Shown here: piece by piece, positions 38,314-48,906 of the stretch
Numbering within the stretch: the first letter of the stretch is position 1
How the letters are laid out: every line of letters starts with the position of its first letter
Assembly (NCBI GenBank): GCA_002010215.1
Contig: MTMY01000007.1
Span: forward strand, 1 to 64,000
Direction: 5' to 3'
Source of the DNA: Archaeoglobus sp. JdFR-37
GTDB lineage: Archaea > Halobacteriota > Archaeoglobi > Archaeoglobales > Archaeoglobaceae
DNA length: 64,000 nucleotides
Translations under genes and position numbers: made by a program
The notes under the pieces: model-generated
The model's database searches: none
Told to the model about the DNA's origin: nothing
The model's input: only the letters and a program-made list of their open reading frames with translations

Positions 38314-39247
38314 TTCTCTCTTTAACTTCATTCCAGTGCTGTCTTAGCTCCTCTTCGCTTCCTTTCCTCCTAACCTCCTTCCCCATCCACTCCACGAAAC
38401 CGTGATTGTGGAGGTAGTCGGTGTAAGCGGCAGCTTCACTGACTATCAAGAAAAGGAATTTAGGGTCAAAGCCATATATTTCGACGGCAGCATCATAGGG
38501 TGTTCGCCAGTCTTTGTAAGCACGCCAGAAACTGATTGTTTTTTCCGTGAAGTCATCTATGTAGCTCAGGAAAACCTTTATGACAGGATTTCTGAAATCA
38601 CGGTGTCCCGGAAACACAGTTTCGATTTGAATTGAGAGGAGCCTTTCAATGGTCTCCAAATACTGCTCAAGAACTGGAAGCCTTTCGACTTCATCCACCG
38701 GCTCGGGGGACTTGTAGGGGACTATTCCGTCAAGGACTGTATCGCCGGAGAAGAGAATGCCGTCTTTCAGCAGGCATATGTGGCTGAGGGAGTGGCCAGG
38801 AGCTGGCAGCACTTCAAAGCTCTTCAGTTTTTTAATTTCTTTTACTTCATTGCAGTTCTTGCATGGCTTTGAATACTGGGTGTACCTCTCCTCTGTCCTC
38901 TTCTCCATGATCTCTACCAGCTTTTCAGGCATTCCTAGATTGCGGAAGTGCCGAAAGACCAGCTTAAAATAACTAAACTCAGAATCTGAGATTCGCTCAC
39001 ACGCTATTTTGCTGGCATAAACTTCTGGGAAGAGGTATGCCATTCCGAAGTGATCTGCATGGCTGTGGGAGACCACGAGCTTAACGTCTTCGAAAGTAAG
39101 CCCCCTTTCCTCAAGTCCATTTTTTAACGCTTCAAAAGACTGGGGCGTGTAGATGCCGCAGTCAAAAAGAACTTCATCATCAATGAGGTATGCGTTGGTG
39201 TCCCCAGTTGGAAATGGGGAGGGGATTCTTATTCTGAAAATTTCCAT
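38297..39247 (-). CDS. Metallo-beta-lactamase fold hydrolase
   Basis: SHSHADHFG, PGHS, SGD, PGH. Confidence 0.92.
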   Translation of the reverse strand: MEIFRIRIPSPFPTGDTNAYLIDDEVLFDCGIYTPQSFEALKNGLEERGLTFEDVKLVVSHSHADHFGMAYLFPEVYASKIACERISDSEFSYFKLVFRHFRNLGMPEKLVEIMEKRTEERYTQYSKPCKNCNEVKEIKKLKSFEVLPAPGHSLSHICLLKDGILFSGDTVLDGIVPYKSPEPVDEVERLPVLEQYLETIERLLSIQIETVFPGHRDFRNPVIKVFLSYIDDFTEKTISFWRAYKDWRTPYDAAVEIYGFDPKFLFLIVSEAAAYTDYLHNHGFVEWMGKEVRRKGSEEELRQHWNEVKERIKRKN

Positions 39248-39313
39248 AGACAGAGGTTGAACATGTGAAATTTAAATCCTACCTCTGGACTTTTGACACC
39301 TGATTGTTTCCGC

Positions 39314-40216
39314 TTATCCGAACCTGTCCACAAGGTACGCATGGAGGAGTGGCAGAGCAATTGTGACATCGCAGTAGACTGTTACAGCTTTGGCATCGCT
39401 TTTCAGCTTGCACCAGCTCTTCGCTTCCTCGAGCGTTGCCCCACTGAGTCCTCCCCACTGGGGAGAATCTGTAGTAACCTGAATTGCGTAATCGAAGCCT
39501 TCAGCCAGAAGCATTGCCTGGAGGGTGAAGTTCTTGGGAACCCCTCCACCGAAAATTGCTGTGCCAATTGCCCCATCCTGAAAGCACAAGTCCACCATTT
39601 TCCTGATGTCCTTTATTACATCGAGGATCATATCCTTACTGTATATCGAGAGGTGCAGACCGGCAATTGAATCGTGGAGAGTAGGAGAGAAAACAGGGAC
39701 ACCTTTTCTGGCTGCTATGTGGAGGAAAGACTCCTTGTCGGGCAGTCTGAGGCCTATCTCTCTGATGAATTCATGAGTACTCATTTTTCCATCCATTTCT
39801 TGGATTATGCGGGCAAGAAATTCTTCTATGCCCTCAAAGGCATCCTGGGAGACGAAAACATCATATATTCTGTTTATATTTTGCCGGGAAAGTTCTAAAT
39901 CATTAGCTCTGGCATCACCTTTCTCGTGCCTGTACCCCAGTGCTTCTGCCACCTCATGAACGATGTTGGCCCCTGTCGTCACTATGCAGCTTGCAAAGCC
40001 CTTCTCAACCATATCTGCTATGATACTCCTCATCCCGGCAGGTATCAGAGCGCCAGAGAAAGCCAGAAAGATAAAAGCGTCTTTCTCCACCATCTCTGCG
40101 TATATCCTTGCAGCCTCCCCGAGCCTTCTGGCATTGAAGGCAGTATCAGCCATTGCCTCAACGAGTTCCGATATTCCCATGCCTCTCCTGACATTCAGTG
40201 GTTTAACGTTCACCAT
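39314..40216 (-). CDS. dys: Deoxyhypusine synthase
   Basis: TGANIVH, NRIYDV, GGGVPKN, GGLSGATLEEAKSWCK. Confidence 0.95.
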   Translation of the reverse strand: MVNVKPLNVRRGMGISELVEAMADTAFNARRLGEAARIYAEMVEKDAFIFLAFSGALIPAGMRSIIADMVEKGFASCIVTTGANIVHEVAEALGYRHEKGDARANDLELSRQNINRIYDVFVSQDAFEGIEEFLARIIQEMDGKMSTHEFIREIGLRLPDKESFLHIAARKGVPVFSPTLHDSIAGLHLSIYSKDMILDVIKDIRKMVDLCFQDGAIGTAIFGGGVPKNFTLQAMLLAEGFDYAIQVTTDSPQWGGLSGATLEEAKSWCKLKSDAKAVTVYCDVTIALPLLHAYLVDRFG

Positions 40217-40304
40217 GCAGGGAGGTGGCGGCGTGGATTAAAGTTTTTTGTTCCTCTTCGTCAATTCCACCACATTTAAATAGCCTCATACCGAGCAATT
40301 TCTC

Positions 40305-40898
40305 ATGAACAGGCGTGTTTTGCTTCTCAGCATATCTCTCCTGCCTGTTATGATTGCATCGGGGATGATCTACTCTGTACTGCCAATCTACCTCAACCAG
40401 GAGCTTGGAGCTGGGAAGGTGCAAGTTGGAACCCTCTTCACCTTAGGTGCACTAACAGGAACTCTCACATCTCTGGGGATCGGGAAGCTTGCGGACAGAT
40501 TCGGGAAAATACCTCTAATTCTGTTCTCCCAGATTTGTTTCTCCGCTGTGATGATTCTGTACTCCTTTATAAATTCTTACATCTTCGCCTATCCCATCCA
40601 CGTCTTTGAGGGCTTTGCATGGGCCAGCCTTGGAGTTTCAGCTCCAGCGCTAATAGCTGATGTCTCCAGAAAGGGTGAAAGGGGAGAGGCAATGGGCATT
40701 TACAATACATTCTGGGGGCTGGGATGGGTCATAGGCCCCATTCTGGGCGGAGGTCTGGCAGAGCTTTTTGGCTTCCGGATTATGCTTAGGGTGTCATTTT
40801 TGATGATAATGCTTGGGCTGGCTCTTTCCCTGATGCTGATCAAAGGGAACGTTATGTCTGGCCCATCTGAAGCCCCATCTGAAGTGTCCGAGGCTTAG
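40305..40898 (+). CDS. Half-size (6-TM) major facilitator superfamily protein
   Basis: Motif A GKLADRFGK, ERGEAMG, GP..GG; only 197 aa. Confidence 0.8.
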   Translation: MNRRVLLLSISLLPVMIASGMIYSVLPIYLNQELGAGKVQVGTLFTLGALTGTLTSLGIGKLADRFGKIPLILFSQICFSAVMILYSFINSYIFAYPIHVFEGFAWASLGVSAPALIADVSRKGERGEAMGIYNTFWGLGWVIGPILGGGLAELFGFRIMLRVSFLMIMLGLALSLMLIKGNVMSGPSEAPSEVSEA

Positions 40899-42154
40899 AG
40901 GAGGTGTTCGGGAATCCTCTGCTTCACAATCAGGTCTCCGTAGCTTTCGGCTTCTCTCGTTAAGTAATGGTGGCTGCCTTCCACAAGCACTTCAGCACAT
41001 CTCGTTCTGCCGTTGTACTGGCTGCTCATAGCGAATCCATATGCTCCAGCATCGAAAATTGCGATGATATCTCCCTTCTCAACCTTCGGTAGCTTTCGAT
41101 CCTCCCCCAGAATGTCTCCGCTCTCACATATGGGTCCTACTATGGTGTATACTTCCTCCCCCTCTCTATCCATCTTGTTCGCAACAGCAATGCGGTGGTA
41201 GGCATTATACATTGCAGGTCTCAAAAGCAGATTGAATCCAGCATCCACAGCAACGAAGTTCTTGTAACTTTTCTTGACGGCATTTACTTTTGTGAGAAGG
41301 ACTGTCGTATCTCCAACTATGCTCCTGCCCGGCTCCAGCCAGAGTTCTGGGTCAGATTTGAGCTCTGATAAGCCATTTTCAAAAACGGGCAAGAGTTTTT
41401 CAGCAAGCTGAGCCGGAGTGGGTGCACCCTTTCCTTCATAATCTATTCCGAGTCCTCCTCCAATGTCAATAAACTCTAGCTCCACTCCGATTTCCTCCAC
41501 TTGCTTCGCTATCTGGAACATCTTTTCCAGAGCTTCTACGAAGGGAGAAATATCTGTTATCTGGCTGCCTATGTGGCAGTGAATGCCGCACGGCTCGACG
41601 CCTGGCAACTCGTAGGCGGTTCTGTAAATGTCAACTATGCCCTCCCACGGAATCCCGAATTTTGAGGTTCTAAGGGCTGTGGCTATCTTGGGATGGGTTT
41701 TTGCATCTATTTCAGGATTGACTCTGAATGCAATTCTAACCTCAGAATCTTCAAGAATAGCGGTTTCGGAGAGGGTGTAAAGCTCGTCAATGCTGTCCAC
41801 GCTGAAGGCAACACCGCTCCGCACACCCATTCTGATTTCCTCATCACTCTTGGAGTTGCCATTGAAAAGAATGTACTCTTTCGGAAAATCGGCAAGCAGA
41901 GCAATATACAGCTCTCCGCCGCTGAATACGTCTGCGCCAAATCCGTTTGCCGAGATTATTCTGAGTATGGAGAGGTTGTTGTTGGCCTTAACGGCATATA
42001 GGAGCTTTGCATCCTTAAAAGCATCCTTATAGGCCTTGATGTTTCTCTCCAGTGTCGATCTGGAGGTGACATAAAGTGGAGTGCCGTAGCTTTCAACAAG
42101 CTCCTTTATGCTAACGTCCTCCACGAACAGCCAGCCGTTGCGAACAGAGAACAT
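40895..42154 (-). CDS. lysA: Diaminopimelate decarboxylase
   Basis: YAVKAN, SKFG, HIGSQ, EPGR, GPICESGD, GAYG. Confidence 0.97.
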   Translation of the reverse strand: MFSVRNGWLFVEDVSIKELVESYGTPLYVTSRSTLERNIKAYKDAFKDAKLLYAVKANNNLSILRIISANGFGADVFSGGELYIALLADFPKEYILFNGNSKSDEEIRMGVRSGVAFSVDSIDELYTLSETAILEDSEVRIAFRVNPEIDAKTHPKIATALRTSKFGIPWEGIVDIYRTAYELPGVEPCGIHCHIGSQITDISPFVEALEKMFQIAKQVEEIGVELEFIDIGGGLGIDYEGKGAPTPAQLAEKLLPVFENGLSELKSDPELWLEPGRSIVGDTTVLLTKVNAVKKSYKNFVAVDAGFNLLLRPAMYNAYHRIAVANKMDREGEEVYTIVGPICESGDILGEDRKLPKVEKGDIIAIFDAGAYGFAMSSQYNGRTRCAEVLVEGSHHYLTREAESYGDLIVKQRIPEHLL

Positions 42155-42168
42155 TTTTATCACCTTTT

Positions 42169-43617
42169 TCAGTAGGTTTTGGCCACTGCCGTAAGATTCC
42201 CGAGCTCTCCGCACACTGCACAGCTCCCTTTCTCCTGGAGTTCCATCCATTCTGGAATTTCTTCGAATCTCCCGAGAACGCTGCCTTTCAGAGCCTCTTC
42301 AACATCCTCACCGCATTCAAGGCTGTCGCAGAGGTAAATCAGGGCAACACCCTTACCAATCCACTCATTAGCGTCCTCAACACTCTCGAAAAACTTCAAT
42401 TTATCCATCATTTTTCCGGTTGCCTTTCTCAACAACCTTTCCTTCATTTCTGCAGCCCATTTGCGTATTCTCTCTTCCGTTATCTCCTCAACCGACATCT
42501 TATGCTTTACCCTTTCATCCCTGAAGGATACAATAGCGCTACCTTCATCCACCTCTCGTGGTCCAATTTCCAGCCTCACGGGCACGCCCTTGAGTTCCCA
42601 CTTGTAGTATTTAGCTCCGGGCCTCTCCTCGCTGTCATCCAAAACCGCCCTGAATCCCATGTCCGTTAACTTCTCATAAAGCTGCCTTGCCACTTCCATT
42701 ACTTTCTCTTCGCTCCCCTTATACAGAATCGGGATTATGACTATCTGAACGGGTGAGACTTCGAAGGGAAGAACCAGGCCGAGATCGTCCCCATGAATGC
42801 TTATGAGGGCTGCTATGCACCTCTCTGAAATGCCGTAGCACGTCTGGTGGACGTAAGCGTGATCCCCATCGGGTGTTTCATATTCAATATCGAAAGTCTT
42901 TGCAAAGTTGTCAGCTAGGTGATGAACGGTTCCGATCTGCATTGTTCTGCCGTCTGGCATTACAGTATCGAAGGCAACGGTATAGGCTGCTCCCGGAAAC
43001 TTATCCCACTCCGGACGCCTTATCACCAGATACGGTATGGCCAGGAAGTCGTAGAATTCCTTGTAGAGCTTTATTGCATCTCTTACCTGCCTCTCAGCAT
43101 CTTCGTAATCCACATGGGCTGTGTGGGCTTCCTTGAAGGACGTAATCTCCCTCAGCCTTATCAGGGGGCGGGTATGCTTGGTTTCATAACGGAAAGTGTT
43201 TACAACCTGGTAGACTTTAAGCGGGAGGTCGGCATGACTCCTTATCCATAACTTGAACATGGGATACATGGCGGTCTCGCTTGTGGGCCTTAAAGCCAGC
43301 TTCACGTCAAGGGGGTCTCTTCCACCGTGGGTTACCCAGTAAACTTCATCTTCAAACCCCTTTATGTGTTCTCCCTCCTTCCCAAGCTCGGTTTCAGGGA
43401 TGAGGGTTGGGAAGTAAACTTCATCATGGTCTCTGTCCATAATTTCCCGTAACTTCCCGTAAACAAGCTGTCTAATCTTGAAACCGAATGGGAACCACAC
43501 ATATAATCCTTTAACGGGATATCGAACATCCATTATTTCTGCTCTCTGAATCAGCTCATGATACCATTCTGAAAAGTTCTCCTTTGACGGTAAGGCCTTT
43601 GATGTAATAACCTCCAT
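42169..43617 (-). CDS. proS: Proline--tRNA ligase (archaeal/eukaryotic type)
   Basis: [31 protein letters not shown]-terminal AKTY. Confidence 0.98.
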   Translation of the reverse strand: MEVITSKALPSKENFSEWYHELIQRAEIMDVRYPVKGLYVWFPFGFKIRQLVYGKLREIMDRDHDEVYFPTLIPETELGKEGEHIKGFEDEVYWVTHGGRDPLDVKLALRPTSETAMYPMFKLWIRSHADLPLKVYQVVNTFRYETKHTRPLIRLREITSFKEAHTAHVDYEDAERQVRDAIKLYKEFYDFLAIPYLVIRRPEWDKFPGAAYTVAFDTVMPDGRTMQIGTVHHLADNFAKTFDIEYETPDGDHAYVHQTCYGISERCIAALISIHGDDLGLVLPFEVSPVQIVIIPILYKGSEEKVMEVARQLYEKLTDMGFRAVLDDSEERPGAKYYKWELKGVPVRLEIGPREVDEGSAIVSFRDERVKHKMSVEEITEERIRKWAAEMKERLLRKATGKMMDKLKFFESVEDANEWIGKGVALIYLCDSLECGEDVEEALKGSVLGRFEEIPEWMELQEKGSCAVCGELGNLTAVAKTY

Positions 43618-43652
43618 TTTAACACCCAAAGCTTTGCAGTAAGCTGCGAATA

Positions 43653-44210
43653 TTAAATTTTCGTAGTTGCTATCAGAGGAGTGATGAATGTTTCGATGAA
43701 TGCGGCCAAAAGCAGGATGGGGACGATTTTAGTGAAGAACTTTCTTATTGCAAAACGATAAGCTCTGCCAATGGAAACATCCTCACCCCTGACCTTCTCA
43801 TAAAAAATTCCTCCAAGCCACACACCGTAGCTGGACGCCATTAGGACTGCAGGAATTTCGAATATTCCATGGGGTAGGAGGAGCATCATTACATTTGTCA
43901 GCCCAATTTCTTGGGACTTGACGAAGACCACCACACCTATGAAAAAACCATTGAGGAAAATGAAGAGAACGGGAAATATTCCGAAAAAGAAGCCAGTAAG
44001 CATTGCAAATAAGGATTTAAGGCTGTTGTTCAGGAATATAAGGGCAAAAAGTTTCAGTGGGTCCAGCTCTTTGATAAACTCGAACTGAGTAAAGAACTGG
44101 CCGACAACGCTTTGAGCGTTTTCAGGGTTAATCATTGCGGATATGTAACCAGAGAGGGCTGATACGAAGAAAAGCAATGTTAGCAGTGAGAAGTAAATCC
44201 ACATTCTCAT
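43653..44210 (-). CDS. SpoIIM/DUF95 family membrane protein
   Basis: [27 protein letters not shown]. Confidence 0.9.
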   Translation of the reverse strand: MRMWIYFSLLTLLFFVSALSGYISAMINPENAQSVVGQFFTQFEFIKELDPLKLFALIFLNNSLKSLFAMLTGFFFGIFPVLFIFLNGFFIGVVVFVKSQEIGLTNVMMLLLPHGIFEIPAVLMASSYGVWLGGIFYEKVRGEDVSIGRAYRFAIRKFFTKIVPILLLAAFIETFITPLIATTKI

Positions 44211-44357
44211 ACTTTATTCCGTGTTTTTGGAGTTTATATATTTAAGGTGAGAAGTTTGTGATGGTGATGTGGTTTTTAGCCTACCTAACCCACTCTAGCC
44301 CCCTAGCCACTCTTCCTGTCTCATCCATCCCCTCCATCCCGAAATTATCCCCGAGTT

Positions 44358-45161
44358 TCAGACCGAGAACGTCATCCGCAGGGCATCTCTTATTCCTGGA
44401 GCAAACCCAAGAACCATCAGAACGAATTTAACGAATTCCCGCACATCTTCACTTTCATCTGATGTGTCTAACAGGTAAAGAATGACCAGAAACAGGAAGA
44501 ACTTGGCGGGAACCATTATCCAGGGGCCGAAGGTGTTGATGAGAAAACGTGGTAGCACATGGAGCTCCCAGTAGCCGAGATACTGAATGCCGAGGAACGT
44601 GGCAAAGCCATCTGTCATCTGGGCGAACATTACAAGAGTGCTGGTGTCGTCATTCATTCTCTTAAGGCGTGATGCTATCAGCCGAAACAGAATTGTGAAA
44701 ATTAAAGCTCCGAGGAGGCTTAATGGCAAAACCCACCAGTTGATGACTTCCAGCGATGAGAAAAGAAAAATGAGGATTATGAGGGAAAGAATTGCCCCGA
44801 AAGTAGCATGATATCGCCAGTAGTCCTTACCCCTTAATTTGAATGAAATAAGGAGTGATGGGAATGTAATTAAGAAGATTATGACGTAGATGAAGGGAGT
44901 CATGAAAAAGTATGAGATTGGAGGCTTCAGGAAGGCGGCGTCCTCCACAACTCTTACTGATGAGCCAAGGATGACGAAGGGCAGGTTTGAGATGGAAAAT
45001 TTAATGTCGAAAGGAACGCCTGTTCTGCTTAAATATCTGAAAATGAGATAGACGGCGATTATCAGGATGATGGCGAAGGTTATGGTGTTGACGGGGTTGT
45101 AACCTTCTTTATAAATAATTGAGTCAATATAGTATTCTTTTATGAACTCCCAAAAACCCAT
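44358..45161 (-). CDS. DUF63 family archaeal membrane protein
   Basis: GYNPVNT, RVVED, DG.AT..G, E.HVLP, LGFAPG.RD. Confidence 0.88.
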   Translation of the reverse strand: MGFWEFIKEYYIDSIIYKEGYNPVNTITFAIILIIAVYLIFRYLSRTGVPFDIKFSISNLPFVILGSSVRVVEDAAFLKPPISYFFMTPFIYVIIFLITFPSLLISFKLRGKDYWRYHATFGAILSLIILIFLFSSLEVINWWVLPLSLLGALIFTILFRLIASRLKRMNDDTSTLVMFAQMTDGFATFLGIQYLGYWELHVLPRFLINTFGPWIMVPAKFFLFLVILYLLDTSDESEDVREFVKFVLMVLGFAPGIRDALRMTFSV

Positions 45162-45310
45162 GGATTTCGGGATGCTGCTGTATTTTTAAATGTTGCTATC
45201 TACTCTCATTTTTTGAGAATTGTTTATCCACCGGCTGTTGTTTTAAACGGGGAAATTTGGCAGCGTAACCAGTTTAGCTGGGTGTTTAATTAAATTCTAA
45301 CTGAACACCT

Positions 45311-46354
45311 TCATTCTACTCTGTTGCTATCCAGTATAGCCATCAGCTCGCTAACATCTATCTCTCCCAGCCCTATGGCTGAATCAGCCGCTCCGTAAGA
45401 TATGAGAAGCTTGTCATCAACAAGCTGTGCTCCACACGGGAAAACTGTGAAAGGCCTGTCACCATAAATCTCGTAGATCTCCTTTGGTTCCATAATGTAG
45501 TGGGGGGTTATGGCTGTTACTTCCATCTCATCGTTCATGAGTATTGAAAAAACTCTGTAGCTCTTCATTTCTCTGTCAACGCTGTGGAGGATCAGTAGGT
45601 ATTCTTTATCGATTTTGACAGGTGGCGGTCCCCATCCAAGTTTGTCCTCAAATTCTGCTGGCTCCAAAGCAAGAGCGGTATTGGAAACGCTTATTTCCGT
45701 GAACTTCTCCGCTTCCAGAAGACTTTCTGGAACATCGCTCACCACCAGATAGAAATTCTCGTCTTTCATGTGGAGCCTGTGAAAGAGCTTGATGCCTTTC
45801 TTGGTCTCAACAAGGAATGCATCCTTATCGCTTATCACAAAACCTCTGGTTTCAGGAGGGAGTCTGAAAACACAGAGCTTCCTCCACCCATCCTTCTCCA
45901 GAATAACCGTTACAGGCAGGGTTCTTTCAGTTCTTATGGAGGGGTCGAAGTAGTTTACGGTTCTTCCGCAGTAAGTCATGAGCCTCCGTCCGTTTATCTC
46001 ATACACCCTTGGGTCTTCCACACCCCACAGGTCGAATTTGTTATCGGGAAATACGGTAATCTCAGCGGTATAATGTCCTGAGAGGGTGTTGTTGAAAACA
46101 TCCCTAACAGGCAGAATTATTTCAGCAACGGCACTGGCGTAAGTGAAGTATCCCAGGACAATTCTACCGTAAATTGTGATTTCACCACCATCAAGAATGA
46201 GAGAGGGATTGAAGACGGTAACAGGAGTATCCACCGGATATTTTTTGAGATGAACTCTGTCGGCAGTTATAACACCTATTCTTTTTACAATATCTCGGGT
46301 TTTGGGCTCCCTGCAAATTTTATCCTTGGGCAGCTTGCAGATTAAATCAAACAT
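45311..46354 (-). CDS. GH130-like glycosidase/glycoside phosphorylase
   Basis: VFNP, GVEDPR, KDA, HRL, TVFPCG, YGAADS. Confidence 0.88.
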   Translation of the reverse strand: MFDLICKLPKDKICREPKTRDIVKRIGVITADRVHLKKYPVDTPVTVFNPSLILDGGEITIYGRIVLGYFTYASAVAEIILPVRDVFNNTLSGHYTAEITVFPDNKFDLWGVEDPRVYEINGRRLMTYCGRTVNYFDPSIRTERTLPVTVILEKDGWRKLCVFRLPPETRGFVISDKDAFLVETKKGIKLFHRLHMKDENFYLVVSDVPESLLEAEKFTEISVSNTALALEPAEFEDKLGWGPPPVKIDKEYLLILHSVDREMKSYRVFSILMNDEMEVTAITPHYIMEPKEIYEIYGDRPFTVFPCGAQLVDDKLLISYGAADSAIGLGEIDVSELMAILDSNRVE

Positions 46355-46482
46355 CTGGGAATTACATAGCTAGTACTTATAAAAATTTTACCCCGCTCTG
46401 TTATTTTTCAGTATTCTGATGTTAGGTTTGATATTTCCATTTGAAAGCTTCCAATTAAAGCTTCCAATTAAAAATCCTGAAT

Positions 46483-46514
46483 CTCCGGGACGGAAGAGGG
46501 GCCAGGTGGGCGGG
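46483..46514 (-). repeat. Dispersed ~32-bp repeat, copy 3
   Basis: CTCCGGGACGGAAGAGGGGCCAGGTGGGCGGG; 27/32 identical to copy 2. Confidence 0.65.
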
Positions 46515-46536
46515 CTCTTAATTCAGTTCCACTCTT

Positions 46537-46968
46537 CTACTTCCCTCTCTTCTGAACGTATTCTTCAATCATGACCATGAACTCTTCCACATCTTCAAGG
46601 CTGTGTTCTACGATCTCCATAATGTATTTCATGTTTACCTCCCAGTATCTGTGAACGAGAAGATTTCTGAATCTTGCCATTCTTGCGAGCTTTTCAGCAA
46701 GTTCCCCGGAAATAACCCCGTGCTTTCCCAGCGTAATAAACATCTCTCCATATTCTTCAGCTCTCTCAAATCTCTCCGCTGAGATTATGTGATTTGCTAT
46801 GTCTATACAAGCCTCCACTATCTCAAAAAGGGAGAATTTCAAAGCCTGTGAGTCCTTATAACTTGCCTCTATCTCTTCCGCAGATTTGCCAGTATATTCT
46901 TCCTGAATAAATTTCAGGTTTCTCTCGATAATATCAAACTTTGCCTCTATTATGTCTCTGTCTATCAT
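46537..46968 (-). CDS. hepT: HepT/DUF86 HEPN RNase toxin
   Basis: FRNLLVHRY (Rx4HxY) motif. Confidence 0.92.
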   Translation of the reverse strand: MIDRDIIEAKFDIIERNLKFIQEEYTGKSAEEIEASYKDSQALKFSLFEIVEACIDIANHIISAERFERAEEYGEMFITLGKHGVISGELAEKLARMARFRNLLVHRYWEVNMKYIMEIVEHSLEDVEEFMVMIEEYVQKRGK

Positions 46969-47354
46969 GCTTTGAACCTCATTCTGTCGTATTCCCTGTA
47001 ATGGGGAAGGAAGTCAATGTAAGCCTTGGTTACATAGGTTTCAAAAGCAATTCTGGCTTTTTCATCCCTTGAAAAGATGAGTTTTCCGTATCTCAAAACC
47101 TGATTGAGGAACCTTAAAGGTTTTTTGTTCAGAACCTTGTTCAGAATCACCACCTCTACACCTCTCAATCCGCACTCCCTCTCGATCTCCATCGCAAGCT
47201 CTATCTCATAAAATGCATTAACTTCAAAATCCTCTCTCACAAAAATTCCTATGTCCACATCACTTTTTTTGCCAGCCTCACCTCTTGCCGCTGAACCGTA
47301 AAGGTAGGCAAAGAGTATCTCGCTATGCCTTTCCAGCACCTCAGCAATTTCCAT
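46965..47354 (-). CDS. mntA: MntA minimal nucleotidyltransferase antitoxin
   Basis: YLYGSAARG...SDVDIG; 4-nt overlap with hepT. Confidence 0.92.
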   Translation of the reverse strand: MEIAEVLERHSEILFAYLYGSAARGEAGKKSDVDIGIFVREDFEVNAFYEIELAMEIERECGLRGVEVVILNKVLNKKPLRFLNQVLRYGKLIFSRDEKARIAFETYVTKAYIDFLPHYREYDRMRFKA

Positions 47355-47529
47355 TATGATTATTCCTTCAATAAAAGAAATAAAAAGATTATCCCCTTTT
47401 TGGGAGTGTCTAACATCTCACCTCCTTTATTCTGACTCTCGACAAAATTCTCAGAGCGTAGTGAGCAACCCTAATAAGAATCGTAATCCTTGTTTCCCTT
47501 AAAAGGTATAGAATTCTTATAGATTCCCC

Positions 47530-47610
47530 ACGCTTCTTTCTGTCAAATATCATATCTTTTATTATTCTGGTCCCATAACCTTTCCTTTTATTCTTCCTCG
47601 GCTTTATAAC
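47530..47610 (-). pseudogene. Possible GNAT acetyltransferase fragment
   Basis: ...KRKGYGTRIIKDMI, an acetyl-CoA-binding-like motif in a startless stretch. Confidence 0.3.
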
Positions 47611-47694
47611 CAGTTAATATCTCTTACAACTACTCTATTTAGAAAAATCCTGCGTATTCCGCATCTCCGTGGAAGTATTCTCAGAAAATTTTTC

Positions 47695-47825
47695 TTAGCA
47701 TCTTTCCCATCCATCTTTCCCCCTCAGCATGAGGAATATCAGGAAAAGACTGCCATGAACTTCAATTCCGTATATCTCCCCTACCTCCCTTGCTATGCTA
47801 TCATCAAGAATTGTAATGCCATTTT
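47695..47825 (-). pseudogene. Fragment of DUF3368/PIN-like toxin
   Basis: ITILDDSIAREVGEIYGIEVHGSLFLI motif without its N-terminus. Confidence 0.6.
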
Positions 47826-47900
47826 TAGGGACAGAAGAGGGTTGGGTGGGAGAGATATAATTTGGAGAAAATTTAACAAAGATACCTCCACTAAAATACA

Positions 47901-48806
47901 CTACTTTGCATAAATTTTTACGATCATTGCACCGTCGCTTTCAATTGTGTAATTGCCCGTTATTGCAGGAATGAGGCATGAAAATCCTTTCTTCAGCTCC
48001 GCCCTTTCTCCCCCACTTTTCAGAGTTGCACTTCCGTCTAAGCAGAGCAGCAGGTTGAATACTTCATCGGTGCTAGTTTCCATACTTCCAGCAACTTCCA
48101 GCACTTCAGCAGCAAATCCTGGTATTTCAAGCTTGCCCTTTTCTCCTCTGACCTCACTCTCGCCACTCCTGGCAAAATTCAGCGCCTTCATCGCTTTTTC
48201 AATCTGCACATCCCTGCCCCAGAAGTCAAAAATCCGGTAGGTGATATTGGAGTTTGAAGATATCTCCAGAATTCGAACGTCTTCGGCGGAATGGATTGTG
48301 CCGGCGGATATCATGAAGGTGTCGAGAAATTCTGCATCATACTTATTTAACCTTGAAAGCACGTCCTCTCTGAGCTCATCAGCTGTCGGATCTTCAACAT
48401 CCTCTTTGAAACCAATATAAACCTTCCCGCCTTCTAGTATGATCCACCCTTCATCCTTTCCCGACTCCTCCTCGCCAAGTGCCCTCGCAATATCATCTGA
48501 AGGGTGCACCTGCACGCTGATCCTTTCCCTTATGTCTAGAATTTTCACAAGTAGTGGGAAAGAAGAATACTTCTCCACCAGTTTGCCCAGAATCTCTTTC
48601 TTTGCCACCGAAACCAGATCAGGAAATCTCAGTTTCCTGCCGTCAACCAAAACCTCGGAAGGTCTGGAAGGATGAGCTGAAAACTCCCAGGATTCTCCAA
48701 TTTTCTTAAACACCTTCAGCCCTTTGAAATTTGCAATCCAGCAGCCGCCCCACACTTTTTCAACAAGATTCTCCTTTGCCTGAAATATGAATCTGGGCAG
48801 CTTCAT
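47901..48806 (-). CDS. manA: Type I phosphomannose isomerase (cupin)
   Basis: KVWGG, GESWE, FPLLVKILD, SVQVHP, GK.EGW, GTIH, TYRIFD. Confidence 0.92.
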   Translation of the reverse strand: MKLPRFIFQAKENLVEKVWGGCWIANFKGLKVFKKIGESWEFSAHPSRPSEVLVDGRKLRFPDLVSVAKKEILGKLVEKYSSFPLLVKILDIRERISVQVHPSDDIARALGEEESGKDEGWIILEGGKVYIGFKEDVEDPTADELREDVLSRLNKYDAEFLDTFMISAGTIHSAEDVRILEISSNSNITYRIFDFWGRDVQIEKAMKALNFARSGESEVRGEKGKLEIPGFAAEVLEVAGSMETSTDEVFNLLLCLDGSATLKSGGERAELKKGFSCLIPAITGNYTIESDGAMIVKIYAK

Positions 48807-48906
48807 GTTCGTGGTGTGGTGCTTTCTGAATATTCAATTTACGCCATAATTTTTGTGCCATAAAAGCCATAAAGCTTTTCTTCTTCTTGTTAACCTGAAT
48901 ACTGGC

